A stretch of DNA of 31,990 bases from the NCBI GenBank assembly GCA_029564175.1, contig JAKQQL010000470.1, forward strand, positions 1-31,990, given 5' to 3'. Positions 8,727 through 18,633 of the stretch are shown here, piece after piece. The notes beneath the pieces are model-generated. The model did no database searches and was not told the DNA's origin. It saw only the letters and a list, made by a program, of their open reading frames with translations. Made by a program: the position numbers and the translations under genes. Position 1 is the first letter of the stretch. Every line of letters starts with the position of its first letter. This DNA comes from Candidatus Cloacimonadota bacterium. Lineage in GTDB: Bacteria > Cloacimonadota > Cloacimonadia > Cloacimonadales > WRIO01.

Positions 8727-10907
8727 ATGTACCTGCAAAAGAAAATGCTTTGTTTTATGTGGATTATTATCCTCTCACTGACATGTATGATTAATCTACA
8801 TGCTGATTTGATGATAGTAACAAGTCGTAATGGTCAACCACTTAATTCTGAGAAACTTCTAATTGCACTCAATGCGTTTAAAGATGATGCTTATCTACAC
8901 AACAGAAACAATGGATGGGGAATCGTGGCTTTCAATCAAAATGGGGAGCCTATTCCGGGTATCTTATACCAGCATGTTTCAGGAGATACCTACACTCAAA
9001 CAAGCAGTCCTTATAAATATGCCAGTTCAAGAGATATTTATTCTGATCCCAAATTTTCTCTGACAATAAACAGCATTGCAAACAGCAGTCCTTATATTGT
9101 AATGGTACATGCGCGTAGAGCGACTGAAGCACCTTACAATGTGCCTGATCCATTTCCTTTGGTATGGGAAAGTCAAAATAAGTATTATGCGTTTATGCAT
9201 CATGGTACGATTACAAATACCAGTAGTATGGACACATATACAAATGGTATTTCCTCAACCTTATATTCAACGATTCAACAACAAAACAATCTAAACGGAG
9301 TTACATTTAACTCAGCAAAGTACTTTGCTTATAATATGGCACATCTGATGAATAAAAATTATGAATTTCTTCATTATTTTGATGCAATGATGGAACATAG
9401 CAGTTTTACAACCAATTACGCTGATAAATCTTTTGTCTTATGTGATGGGTTTCAGACCTTTGGTTATGAAGATGGCGACACAATGAACTTCTTCTCCAAC
9501 ATGAATTCACAAAATTTTCAAAATCCATATATTTATACAACAAAAGCAGGATATATAAACTATGGAACATCACAAGCTCCAATATTAGACTTACTTGAAA
9601 GTTCAGGTCCATATCATGTCCAGTATATGCCTGTCAATGGCAGAAGTACTAATTACAGGTTTTATTTATACAATATGATGAACCGTATAATGAACAGTAA
9701 TATCACCTGGCATTGGGAATCTTTTCCGATTATGCAAAGTAATCCAATACCCATTGCATCATTCACCAACACAACTAAATCTTACTGGCAAAATACTTTA
9801 TCACGACCTACAGATAACTATTGGTACAGAGATCCATCAAATAATATTTGGATAAGATCAGGTAGCTATACCTTTAACTTTACCAATGGGCATAAACTGT
9901 ATGTACCAACCGGTATCAGCCTGCAAAACGAGGAAATCGGAAATGTTATTCCTCAGACATCAACTGTGAATATCAGCTCCGGAGTCAAAGAATGGGTCGG
10001 ATACTGGCTGATGGAAAATCAGAGTCTTGCTCAGGCTTTAGGCAGTCATCTCAGTAAAGTAGCCAATGTTTATGGTGAAAACTGGCAATACCAGGATCAA
10101 TCCGGAAATACAAAATTAGATCCAGCTATTATTCCCACGATGAATGCCAATTCCTTAATCATGGAGTTTGGCAAAATGTATATCATTGAGTTAAAACAGG
10201 GGGAAAGTATTAGCAATTTTACCTGGCAAAAAGGTCGTATTAATGGCAGTAAGAATCAATGCACTCAGTATCCCAACTATAACTATACAAAACATTTTTC
10301 TTATGTTCAGCAAGCGAACTATGAAACCATTATGATAGACAATATTGATGAAACTTCAGGATATGAATAAATAGCCGTATATGCTGGTAATGATTGTATT
10401 GGAGCAAGTAAAGTAACCAGTTCTCCGGTTCAGATTCTGATTTACTCTCAAAATTATGAAGGACATGTCCTTTCTTTTAGAGCTGTTACAAATGATAAGA
10501 AAGAGCAGGAAATCAGTTTACAGGCAGAAGTCATTGGATTAAAAAATAATGTTTCTCTGATCGCAGGACAGATAGGTTATACTGGCATTAAACTATATCG
10601 GAACAATAATACTCATTCAGCAATTATTGAAGATATTTTAAACTGCAGGGCATATCCAAACCCTTGTAATCCAAGTACCAATATTCAATTTTCGATAGAT
10701 AAATCATCTGATATACAAATTGATATATACAATATTAAAGGTCAGAAAGTAAAACAACTGCTAAATCAGCATTTATCTGCAGGCACTCATTCAATCGTTT
10801 GGACAGGGCTGAATGAAGAGGGAAAGACTGTTTCCAATGGTGTCTATTACTTCCGTATATCAAATCTAATGATGAGTAAAACAGGAAAAATCCTGATATT
10901 GAAATAA
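8727..10907 (+). pseudogene. Secreted class-II glutamine amidotransferase-like (EgtC/YafJ fold) protein with T9SS-type CTD, interrupted by in-frame TAA at 10368-10370
   Basis: 547-aa ORF with signal peptide and GATase-II-like motifs (NNGWG, VHARRAT, FMHHGTI). The same frame continues after TAA for 178 sense codons (IAVYAGNDCIGA...AYPNPCNPST...IYNIKGQKVK...NGVYYFRI...KILILK) to TAA 10905-10907. Confidence 0.8.
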
Positions 10908-10921
10908 TTACAAATTATCAA

Positions 10922-10948
10922 AGACAGGGATGATTTACATCCCTGTCT
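10922..10948. terminator. Intergenic hairpin (terminator or mRNA-stability element)
   Basis: AGACAGGGATG-ATTTA-CATCCCTGTCT, perfect 11-bp stem just after the 10907 stop; no strong U-tract. Confidence 0.55.
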
Positions 10949-10966
10949 GATTCAGAAAGGATTAGC

Positions 10967-13264
10967 ATGAGAAAATACTTTTTTATCTTCATTTGGATAT
11001 TTACTTTATCACTGAGCGCATTGATTCATCATGTCGGACAAAATCAATCATTTTCATCTATTCAGACTGCTATCAATGTGGCAGCAGATTACGACACTGT
11101 TCTCGTATATCCTGGGACTTACAATGAACGATTAAAAATTCAAAACAAAGCGCTGACTATTGGCAGTTTATATCTGACCACCGGAGACAGTTTGTATGCC
11201 TCTCAGACTGTCATTGATGTTAACTTTAATGGAGCATGTTTGTATGCCCTATACTCTCCCTATGTGAAGATTGCCGGTTTTACTTTTCAACATGCTACGG
11301 GAGATTATAGTGTTGAAAATGAAATGTATGAGTATTCAGCAGTTAACGTCAGATATTGCTCAAATTTTATTATAGAAAACAATATAATTCAATACAACTA
11401 TTTGCAAGAAGGAGGAGGACTCGGAATTTTCCAATCATCCGGAATATTAATAGCCAATACAATTAGATACAATGCTGCTTTAGGCAGAATGTTTCCTGGG
11501 GGTCTGATGATTACACGATTTATGGAAAGTACAGAATATCCTGTCGTTACGATGGATCCAATTAGACGCAATGATATATACTTTAACACAGGGCAGATGG
11601 CAACAGATATTGCTGTGATGGGTTATAATTCCTTTGATTTTTACCTGAATAAATTTACAGTTCCGCAGGCCAGTGATAATTTCTTAAGGATGCATATCTT
11701 TGCCCAATATTTAGACGTAGAAGATCAGCAACATTACAACTATACCTGTGACATCAGGGAAGGTTTAGTCCAGGAAATTGATTCAGATCTTTATGTCAGT
11801 CCCTGGGGTGATGATAATAATAGCGGGACAAGTCCCGATCAGCCCTTAAAAACACTTTTTCAGGCTGTATTAAGAATAAAAGGAGCTGATAATAACAGAA
11901 AAACGATCTTTGTAGAGCCTGGCATTTATTCCTTTGAGGAAGGCGTTTCATTATTACCATTAAAGCTAAAATCTAATATCAATCTAAAAGGTCAAAACGG
12001 ATATTTTACGATAGACGGAGGTGGATTTTCTTCTGTTTTGAGAACCCTCGGTACTAAAAACAACACAATCGAGTATATGAAAATTGAAAATGCGCCAGAA
12101 AAATACGCACATGCAAAAATATATATTCGATCAGAAAACTTTGAAATGAATCATGTTATTATTGATAACAGTAATGACTCACATTCAAGGACAGCTTTTG
12201 AGATGCATGATTACTCAGGACTAAAACTAAATGATATTCATTTTATCGGTAATGGGCAGGGATATCTAAGTGCCATACAAATGAAAACACCGGTTTCAAT
12301 CTCTAATATATCAGCCAGTAATTTTAGAATTGGTTTAGCTTGTGGTACGTCAGTCTTTCAAAATTCACCCGATGTCCCCTTTTATCTATCAAACATATTA
12401 CTTACCGATATCAGTAACAATGCAACTTCGGCAGTAACCGAAGAAGCGCTCAATCTCTTGTTATGGTTTGGTGCCAGTACTTTGGAATATGATCATCAGC
12501 CATTTTATGCATCAAACATCAGCCTTATCAATAATAATTCCATCAATTCATGTGGATCGGTTAATGTGTGGGGCTCTGCAAATTTAAACATGTATAATTC
12601 AATTATCAATAATCATTATGCCAATAAAATCCAGCATTATGTTGTAGATGTTGATATGAATGTGGAATACAAGAACTGCTTTTTTAAAGATGGAGATGAA
12701 ACGATTGAAGTTGATTATCAAACAAATAATGAATTTAACTGCATCACCGAAAACATTATAAGCGGAAATCCCATGCTGTATCCCTGGCAGGATATTCCTT
12801 ACATGCCTGCATCAAATTCTCCTTTAATTGATGCAGGGACATTAAATTTACCTGAAGGTTTTGTTCTGCCTGAAACAGACTTAGCAGGCAATCCGCGTGT
12901 ATCCGGTAATGGAATTGATATCGGCGCGTATGAAAGACAAAGCTTTATGAGCAATGAAGATACAACTGTTTCTCTAAAACCTGCTCAGATAAGATTTTAC
13001 CCGAATCCGCTTATTGGTACTAATGCCAATATGGGGAATTTCCAGGTAAAATTAAATCAACCAGGGAATTCTGAATTAAATATCTACAACATTAAAGGTC
13101 AAAAAGTAAGATCGCTTATGAAAGGCTGGCGTGAAGAAGGAGAAAGTACATTCTATTGGGATGGCAAGGATGAAAACGGAGTTAAACTCCCTTCAGGTGT
13201 ATATCTTTATAAGCTAAACTGCGATGGTTATGAAATAAGTGATAAGATTTCTATAATTAAATAA
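10967..13264 (+). CDS. Secreted right-handed beta-helix (DUF1565-like) protein with choice-of-anchor-Q-like segment and T9SS-type CTD
   Basis: Signal peptide; SSIQTAINVA..DTVLVYPGTYNE; LYVSPWGDDNNSGTSPDQPLKT; SPLIDAG..TDLAGNPRVSGNGIDIGAYE; CTD FYPNP..IYNIKGQKV..WDGKDENG..SGVYLYKL. Confidence 0.85.
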   Translation: MRKYFFIFIWIFTLSLSALIHHVGQNQSFSSIQTAINVAADYDTVLVYPGTYNERLKIQNKALTIGSLYLTTGDSLYASQTVIDVNFNGACLYALYSPYVKIAGFTFQHATGDYSVENEMYEYSAVNVRYCSNFIIENNIIQYNYLQEGGGLGIFQSSGILIANTIRYNAALGRMFPGGLMITRFMESTEYPVVTMDPIRRNDIYFNTGQMATDIAVMGYNSFDFYLNKFTVPQASDNFLRMHIFAQYLDVEDQQHYNYTCDIREGLVQEIDSDLYVSPWGDDNNSGTSPDQPLKTLFQAVLRIKGADNNRKTIFVEPGIYSFEEGVSLLPLKLKSNINLKGQNGYFTIDGGGFSSVLRTLGTKNNTIEYMKIENAPEKYAHAKIYIRSENFEMNHVIIDNSNDSHSRTAFEMHDYSGLKLNDIHFIGNGQGYLSAIQMKTPVSISNISASNFRIGLACGTSVFQNSPDVPFYLSNILLTDISNNATSAVTEEALNLLLWFGASTLEYDHQPFYASNISLINNNSINSCGSVNVWGSANLNMYNSIINNHYANKIQHYVVDVDMNVEYKNCFFKDGDETIEVDYQTNNEFNCITENIISGNPMLYPWQDIPYMPASNSPLIDAGTLNLPEGFVLPETDLAGNPRVSGNGIDIGAYERQSFMSNEDTTVSLKPAQIRFYPNPLIGTNANMGNFQVKLNQPGNSELNIYNIKGQKVRSLMKGWREEGESTFYWDGKDENGVKLPSGVYLYKLNCDGYEISDKISIIK

Positions 13265-13320
13265 GCAAGCTTAAAAAGGGGGAAAGATAGCACGAAAAAA
13301 TAGATTAAGGGTTTTCAGAA

Positions 13321-13505
13321 TCAATAATCTATCATTTTCTCCTGATGCGCATAATATAAATGATACATAGTCTGGTCAATCTGATCTCTGAGAAAATTGT
13401 AAATCTGATTACTGTATCAAACAGAATATTTAGGTTAATCTGATCATCAATATTAGTGACAGTAAACAGCAATTTTCCGTATCCAAGACTTCTTGGTATA
13501 GCCAT
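13321..13505 (-). pseudogene. Frameshifted 5' relic of a paralogue of the GNAT gene at 6503-7045
   Basis: 13366-13390 CATAGTCTGGTCAATCTGATCTCTG matches 6911-6935 at 24/25 nt. Translation FTVTNIDDQINLNILFDTVIR[frameshift]NFLRDQIDQTMYHL aligns with FSAATIDDKAEIFNLFEFVIRDNFYRDQIDQTMHDF. Confidence 0.75.
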
Positions 13506-13576
13506 TTAAATCAAGGTTGCTTTTCAATAGCTTTCTCACTTAATGCATTCTAGCCCATATATGATTAAAATGCAGA

Positions 13577-13610
13577 GATCAGATCAATAAATAAATATAT
13601 TGACCTGATC
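13577..13610. other. 13-bp imperfect inverted repeat (operator- or terminator-like)
   Basis: GATCAGATCAATA-N8-TATTGACCTGATC, 12/13 complementary, downstream of dxr. Confidence 0.4.
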
Positions 13611-13689
13611 ATTCTTGCTGATTTCATATAATCTAACTGCTTAAACAGTTAATTATCTATTATAGATATACAGCAGAAATCGTTAAAAT

Positions 13690-14838
13690 TCACCTTACTT
13701 CATGTTTTTTAAGCATCATTTCATAGACGTTCTGATTGCATAAAATAATATCGTTTAACGCTGGGTTGATTTGATTTTCATATAAATTGAGAGCATCTTC
13801 TATAACATTTACAATGTCAGTAAAATGAATTTTTCTATCTAAAAACAGTTTTAATGCAGCTTCGTTGGCTGCATTCATGATAGTAGGATACAAACCTCCA
13901 CTTACACCTGCCTGAAGTGCTATATAAAATAAAGGATAACGTTTTTGATCAATTGCTTCGAAAGTCAAAGAAGGCAAACTGAATAAATCGGTTTTTACAT
14001 TATCAGAACAAATATGTTTTGGATAAGAAAAAGCATATAAAATGGGTAACTCCATACTTGGTTTACTCATTTGAGCGAGTATAGAACCATCCACAAACTC
14101 AAGCATGGAATGAATCACTGACTGTGGATGAATAATTGCATTGATCTGTGTATAAGGCAAATCAAAGAGCCAATGCGCTTCAATAACTTCTAAACCCTTA
14201 TTAAACATCGTTGCAGAATCTATAGTAACTTTTGTTCCCATACTCCAGGTAGGATGTTTGAGTGCATTTTCAACAGTGATATATTTAAAATCATCCAGAG
14301 GCAAGGTTCTAAAAGGTCCTCCAGAAGCAGTAATATGCAAAGATTTTACCTCATCATTACTATGTCCGAACATGCATTGAAATATCGCACTATGCTCACT
14401 ATCAACAGGCAGTATTCGACTTTCAGAAGTAATTAAGAGTTCTTTAACCAAATGACCTGCCATCACAAGAGACTCTTTGTTGGCAAGCGCTAAATCCTTA
14501 CCCCTTTTTAACACGGTCATTGTATATGGTAATCCAGCGGAACCGGTTACCGCATTTAAACAAATATCATAATCATCATTTTCTAATAATTCTATCAGAC
14601 TATCCTGACCATAATAAAATTTAATACCTGGATAATCACTCTCGTTTATTCTTTCTGCTGATTGTCCAGTGATACATATCCTGGGGATATTAAAAAGAAC
14701 TGCATTTTTAATTGCATTATCTATATTATGATGAACAGATGCCAGACTAATATGATAATCATCCTGATGATTATATATAACTTTTAATGCTGAGTTTCCT
14801 ATGGAACCACTCATCCCTAATAAAGCGATTTGTTTCAA
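13690..14838 (-). CDS. dxr: 1-deoxy-D-xylulose-5-phosphate reductoisomerase
   Basis: LG.SGSIG, LALANKESLV, LPVDSEHSAIFQ, TASGGPFR, HPTWSMG.K.TIDSATM.NKGLEVIEA; TTG start behind AGGAG. Confidence 0.97.
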   Translation of the reverse strand: MKQIALLGMSGSIGNSALKVIYNHQDDYHISLASVHHNIDNAIKNAVLFNIPRICITGQSAERINESDYPGIKFYYGQDSLIELLENDDYDICLNAVTGSAGLPYTMTVLKRGKDLALANKESLVMAGHLVKELLITSESRILPVDSEHSAIFQCMFGHSNDEVKSLHITASGGPFRTLPLDDFKYITVENALKHPTWSMGTKVTIDSATMFNKGLEVIEAHWLFDLPYTQINAIIHPQSVIHSMLEFVDGSILAQMSKPSMELPILYAFSYPKHICSDNVKTDLFSLPSLTFEAIDQKRYPLFYIALQAGVSGGLYPTIMNAANEAALKLFLDRKIHFTDIVNVIEDALNLYENQINPALNDIILCNQNVYEMMLKKHEVR

Positions 14839-14884
14839 CTTGATCTCCTGTAGTTTTTCACGTTAACGCAAGCTGTCAGCTGCA

Positions 14885-15009
14885 TATCTATTTTGACAAG
14901 CAGGTTGCTTGCCCTACATCAAACTTGTGTATTTATTTTTGACAAGCAGGTTGCTTGTTCTACTTCAAACTTGAGTATCTATTTTGACAAGCAGGTTGCT
15001 TGCCCTACA
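14885..15009. repeat. Tandem array of GTAG-type REP-like units (45 bp, 46 bp, partial third)
   Basis: Units start at 14885, 14930, 14976; minus-strand core GTAG-(GG/AA)CAAGCA-ACC-TGCTTG-TC-AAAA. Confidence 0.85.
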
Positions 15010-15973
15010 ATCTGACTCCGACAGACATTCTGTGTGAATTATCCAATTCAGTGTTCTGTTCAAAGGAATAATTCACGTTAAATTTCTTATAGTTCATTGT
15101 AAAACCTGCAGTGATATGGTCAATATCATACCCACTATACAGGCTAAAAGATGGATTTAAAATTATCTCCAGCCCTGAATGCAAGTCAAGGCTCATCATA
15201 CCTGATGAAATTGTCGCTGCATCCTTCATATTTTCAAAATTAATTTCTGAATTGATAAAGACTTTGATTTGTTTATCTATTTTCGGAATCTGGAAAGCAT
15301 AAGACGTCTCCAAATCAAGACCTGGATTAACAATCTCATGTGTCCCATTTTCATAATACATCTGAGTTGTGAAAAAATCTCTTAATCGCGCTGCTGCTGT
15401 GAATTTATTATTGATTAACCAGGTTGAACTTATATCAGCACCAAAACCATAGGCATTTTCTTCAGCAATATTTCGATATACTATTTTTGGACTCAGTCCA
15501 ATTAAAAGTTTATCATTTACTTGCCGTCCAAATCCTAACCATAATATATAATCTGCATTATTAACTGTTTTATACGCAAAAGGACGATTGTCATTAGATG
15601 GAAGCGAATCAGTATTTGGCACTTTGCTTAGTTTAATATTGTCAATGCCAATACGAGTGACTACAAATCCCATATTACTCTTATTGCCAATGTTCCCTGA
15701 CAACACATCATATTGCAGGTTTCCACCAAATTCTTCTGCATGCATCATTTCAAATGAAGCATTTTCCTGTAATGCTAATAAAGAAGCATTCCAATACGCT
15801 TTTGAAGTACTTTCAGAGTCAGTCAATCCAGTTCTGCCTAAAGCAACATTTCGGACACCTGAGCCCATTTTGAATATTTCTCCGGCATACTTCTCTGCAC
15901 TCAATAATGTGATTGACAAGCCAAAGCAAATAACAGCAGTTAAAGTTTTAAAAAAATTTTTCTGTTTACTCAT
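15005..15973 (-). CDS. PorV/PorQ family (FadL-like) outer-membrane beta-barrel, T9SS-associated
   Basis: Signal peptide then EKYAGEIFKMGSGVRNVALG..YWNASLL, alternating beta-strands, C-terminal LDNSHRMSVGVRL. Confidence 0.8.
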   Translation of the reverse strand: MSKQKNFFKTLTAVICFGLSITLLSAEKYAGEIFKMGSGVRNVALGRTGLTDSESTSKAYWNASLLALQENASFEMMHAEEFGGNLQYDVLSGNIGNKSNMGFVVTRIGIDNIKLSKVPNTDSLPSNDNRPFAYKTVNNADYILWLGFGRQVNDKLLIGLSPKIVYRNIAEENAYGFGADISSTWLINNKFTAAARLRDFFTTQMYYENGTHEIVNPGLDLETSYAFQIPKIDKQIKVFINSEINFENMKDAATISSGMMSLDLHSGLEIILNPSFSLYSGYDIDHITAGFTMNYKKFNVNYSFEQNTELDNSHRMSVGVRL

Positions 15974-18176
15974 CTTCTAATTCCACCCATGTTCCTATTA
16001 TTTTTTTCATGGTCCCATTGTAGAAAGAGATGGTCAGTTTTGCATCTTTTCCTAAACCGTCCACATTTATAATAACTCCCTTACCAAATTGCTGATGCAA
16101 TATTTTTTGACCAATTTTATAATATTTTTCATTTTCAGAGATATAAGTCTTTTCTTTTTGGACAACAGGCTTGTAATTAACCTTTCTGGGCGCATGAAAT
16201 TCCCAGAAAGAAGCCTTTACTTCTTCGTACAGTTCAGTATTTAATTCTCCCAAAAAAATACTGGGTGAACTACTTTGAAATGAATCTCCCATACGGCGTG
16301 AATGTGCATAATTAAGATATAATCTTTTTCTGGCTCTGGTAACTGCGACATAAAACAAACGTCTTTCTTCTTCTATTTCACTTTCACTATTACTGGAAAA
16401 AAGATGAGGTAACAGACCCTTTTCAAGACCAGAAACAAAGACATAATCAAACTCAAGTCCTTTGGCATTATGCATGGTCATGAGTTTAACGGCTTCCTTT
16501 TGACTATCTTTATCTGCATTGTCCAAATCAGTCTGAAGACTCAAAAATTGCAGGAAAAGAGATATTTCTGGAAATTGCTGATGTTCAGCATAATAATTTT
16601 CAGTAAAGTCGGAAGCAGCCGCAATAAACTCCCGCATATTTTCCAGCTTAGTCTGTTCTTTTCCTTCATCAATATTCTGATAATAGTCCTCCAGGTTATA
16701 AACAGAGATAATATCTTTTATTGTTTCCACAACAGAGACATTTCCTGCCTGACTCTTCCAATTTTCAATATTGCTGACAAAATCCAGCAAACTGGCTTTC
16801 GCTTTTTTTGAAACAGAGGCAATGTATTCTTTCTGACTAATGATCTGATAAAGGGGCAAATTGTTTACCAGTGCAGTCTGAATGAGATTTGTAATAGTTG
16901 TTTTACCTAAGCCTCTGGGGGGTAGATTAATCACTCTTAATAAGCTTTCATTATCATTAGGATTTGTAATGACACGTAGCCAGGCAATCATATCTTTAAT
17001 CTCCAAACGCTGATAAAAATTGATTCCTCCAACTACCTGATAGGGAATTTGATATTTTGAAAAAGCCTGTTCCAATACACGAGATTGAAAATTAGTACGA
17101 TAAAGTACAGCGCACTCATTTAATATTGTATTTTTATCACGAAGTAATGCAATTTCTTCAGCGATATATCTTGCCTCTTCATTGTCATTGTCATGAGAAA
17201 TCAGCTGAGGTAACTGATCACCTTCTATGTTTGTCCATAATTCTTTAGAATGTCGGTTTTTATTATTTTTAATAATATCATTGGCGAGATTTAAAATACA
17301 GGTAGTTGAACGGTAGTTTTGTTCTAGTTTGATTGTTTTTACATTTTTATAATCTTTTTCAAATGAGAGAATATTTTCTACATTTGCGCCACGCCAACCA
17401 TATATGGACTGATCATCATCGCCAACCACACAAAGATTTTGATGCTTTTTAGACAGTAAATGAATAATCTTAAACTGCACATAATTGGTATCCTGATACT
17501 CATCAATCATGATATATCTAAACTGATTTTGATATTTATTCAGTACATCAGGACTCATTTCCAGCAGTTCAACCATATAGAGCAGAATATCATCAAAGTC
17601 CATGGCATTATTATGCTTCAAATAATCACAATAAGACTTATATATCAGGTGAAATGTTTTATTTTGAATTCTATTGTCCTGATAATCAAAAAAGTTTTCC
17701 GGTGTAATCAGCTGAGATTTAAATTTTGAGATTAAACTGATTGTTTTTTGAACAGGAAAAACGTCTTTATCGATGTTATGTGCTTTATAAACTTTTTTAA
17801 CAACAGACACCTGGTCATCTCTGTCATATACAGAAAAGTCAGAATTGAACCCCTTAAGATGTGAGATTTCATATCTCATGATTCTTAAACAAATGGAGTG
17901 AAAAGTGCCAATCCATACAGATTGTCCCCTTTCTCCCAAAAGATCAAACAATCTGTCTTTTAACTCACGGGCAGCCTTATTGGTGAATGTGACGACTAAG
18001 ATATTCCAGGGCTTAACATTTTCAACCTGAATCAGCCAGGCAACCCGATAGATTACAGATCGGGTCTTACCACTTCCAGCTCCAGCCAGAACTAACAAAG
18101 GGCCATTTACTGTTTTTACGACTTCTCTTTGTTTATCATTTAAATGCACTAATAGAGCATCTGCTGCAAAACTCAT
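15966..18176 (-). CDS. uvrD: ATP-dependent DNA helicase UvrD/PcrA
   Basis: AGAGSGKT, VTFTNKAA, DEYQD, VGDDDQSIYGWRGA, LEQNYRST, MTMHNAKGLEF, EEERRLFYVAVTRA, C-terminal Tudor-like HQQFGKG. Confidence 0.95.
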   Translation of the reverse strand: MSFAADALLVHLNDKQREVVKTVNGPLLVLAGAGSGKTRSVIYRVAWLIQVENVKPWNILVVTFTNKAARELKDRLFDLLGERGQSVWIGTFHSICLRIMRYEISHLKGFNSDFSVYDRDDQVSVVKKVYKAHNIDKDVFPVQKTISLISKFKSQLITPENFFDYQDNRIQNKTFHLIYKSYCDYLKHNNAMDFDDILLYMVELLEMSPDVLNKYQNQFRYIMIDEYQDTNYVQFKIIHLLSKKHQNLCVVGDDDQSIYGWRGANVENILSFEKDYKNVKTIKLEQNYRSTTCILNLANDIIKNNKNRHSKELWTNIEGDQLPQLISHDNDNEEARYIAEEIALLRDKNTILNECAVLYRTNFQSRVLEQAFSKYQIPYQVVGGINFYQRLEIKDMIAWLRVITNPNDNESLLRVINLPPRGLGKTTITNLIQTALVNNLPLYQIISQKEYIASVSKKAKASLLDFVSNIENWKSQAGNVSVVETIKDIISVYNLEDYYQNIDEGKEQTKLENMREFIAAASDFTENYYAEHQQFPEISLFLQFLSLQTDLDNADKDSQKEAVKLMTMHNAKGLEFDYVFVSGLEKGLLPHLFSSNSESEIEEERRLFYVAVTRARKRLYLNYAHSRRMGDSFQSSSPSIFLGELNTELYEEVKASFWEFHAPRKVNYKPVVQKEKTYISENEKYYKIGQKILHQQFGKGVIINVDGLGKDAKLTISFYNGTMKKIIGTWVELEDE

Positions 18177-18221
18177 TTCTATTCCCGTCTCTGCTTTAAA
18201 TTCTATTTGTTATCTTTAAGT

Positions 18222-18629
18222 TCACACAACCTTGACCCATTTGTAAGGTGATATTGGACCTTCCAGACCTTGAAGGCTCACAGCAGATATTTTATAATAA
18301 TAGTAATTTCTCAACTGAACATTTGAATCAATATATTCCACAAATTCTGAAATACCTGCCGAAGGATTTTCAATCGTCGCTATCAGTTCAAACTGACCAT
18401 CATGTGATAATGAACGATATAATTTGTACTTACTCACATTATCAAAGCGGTTCCATTTTGCATAAACAACACCGCCATAAGAGGTTAAAGTAAGACCTGT
18501 AACCTGTTGAGGCACATTGACATTCTGATTGTTTTCCGGATCCAGTGGGTTTGTTCTGTCAAGTGAACAGGCATTGATGATACATAACAAAACCATCATT
18601 AAAACTATAACTTGAATCAATTTCATCAT
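18222..18629 (-). CDS. Lipoprotein with fibronectin type III-like domain
   Basis: Lipobox-like INAC-SLDRTNPLDP; PQQVTGL..W..YKLYRS..YYYYKISAVS..EG. Confidence 0.75.
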   Translation of the reverse strand: MMKLIQVIVLMMVLLCIINACSLDRTNPLDPENNQNVNVPQQVTGLTLTSYGGVVYAKWNRFDNVSKYKLYRSLSHDGQFELIATIENPSAGISEFVEYIDSNVQLRNYYYYKISAVSLQGLEGPISPYKWVKVV

Positions 18630-18633
18630 TACC

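Noticed and set aside
10368..10370. Selenocysteine/pyrrolysine or alternative genetic code readthrough
   Set aside because: The codon is TAA, which terminates many other genes here; Sec and Pyl use TGA and TAG.
13355..13470. DGR template/variable repeat pair with the GNAT gene
   Set aside because: Differences are not adenine-restricted, include an indel, affect a 5' gene region, and no reverse transcriptase is present.
14805..14838. Dxr NADPH motif variant GMSGSIG instead of GSTGSIG
   Set aside because: The glycine pattern and all catalytic motifs are intact; likely ordinary divergence.
14885..15009. CRISPR mini-array or sigma70 promoters (TTGACA in each unit)
   Set aside because: Linkers are near-identical, so this is a tandem repeat; TTGACA is part of the repeat and faces antisense to the flanking genes.
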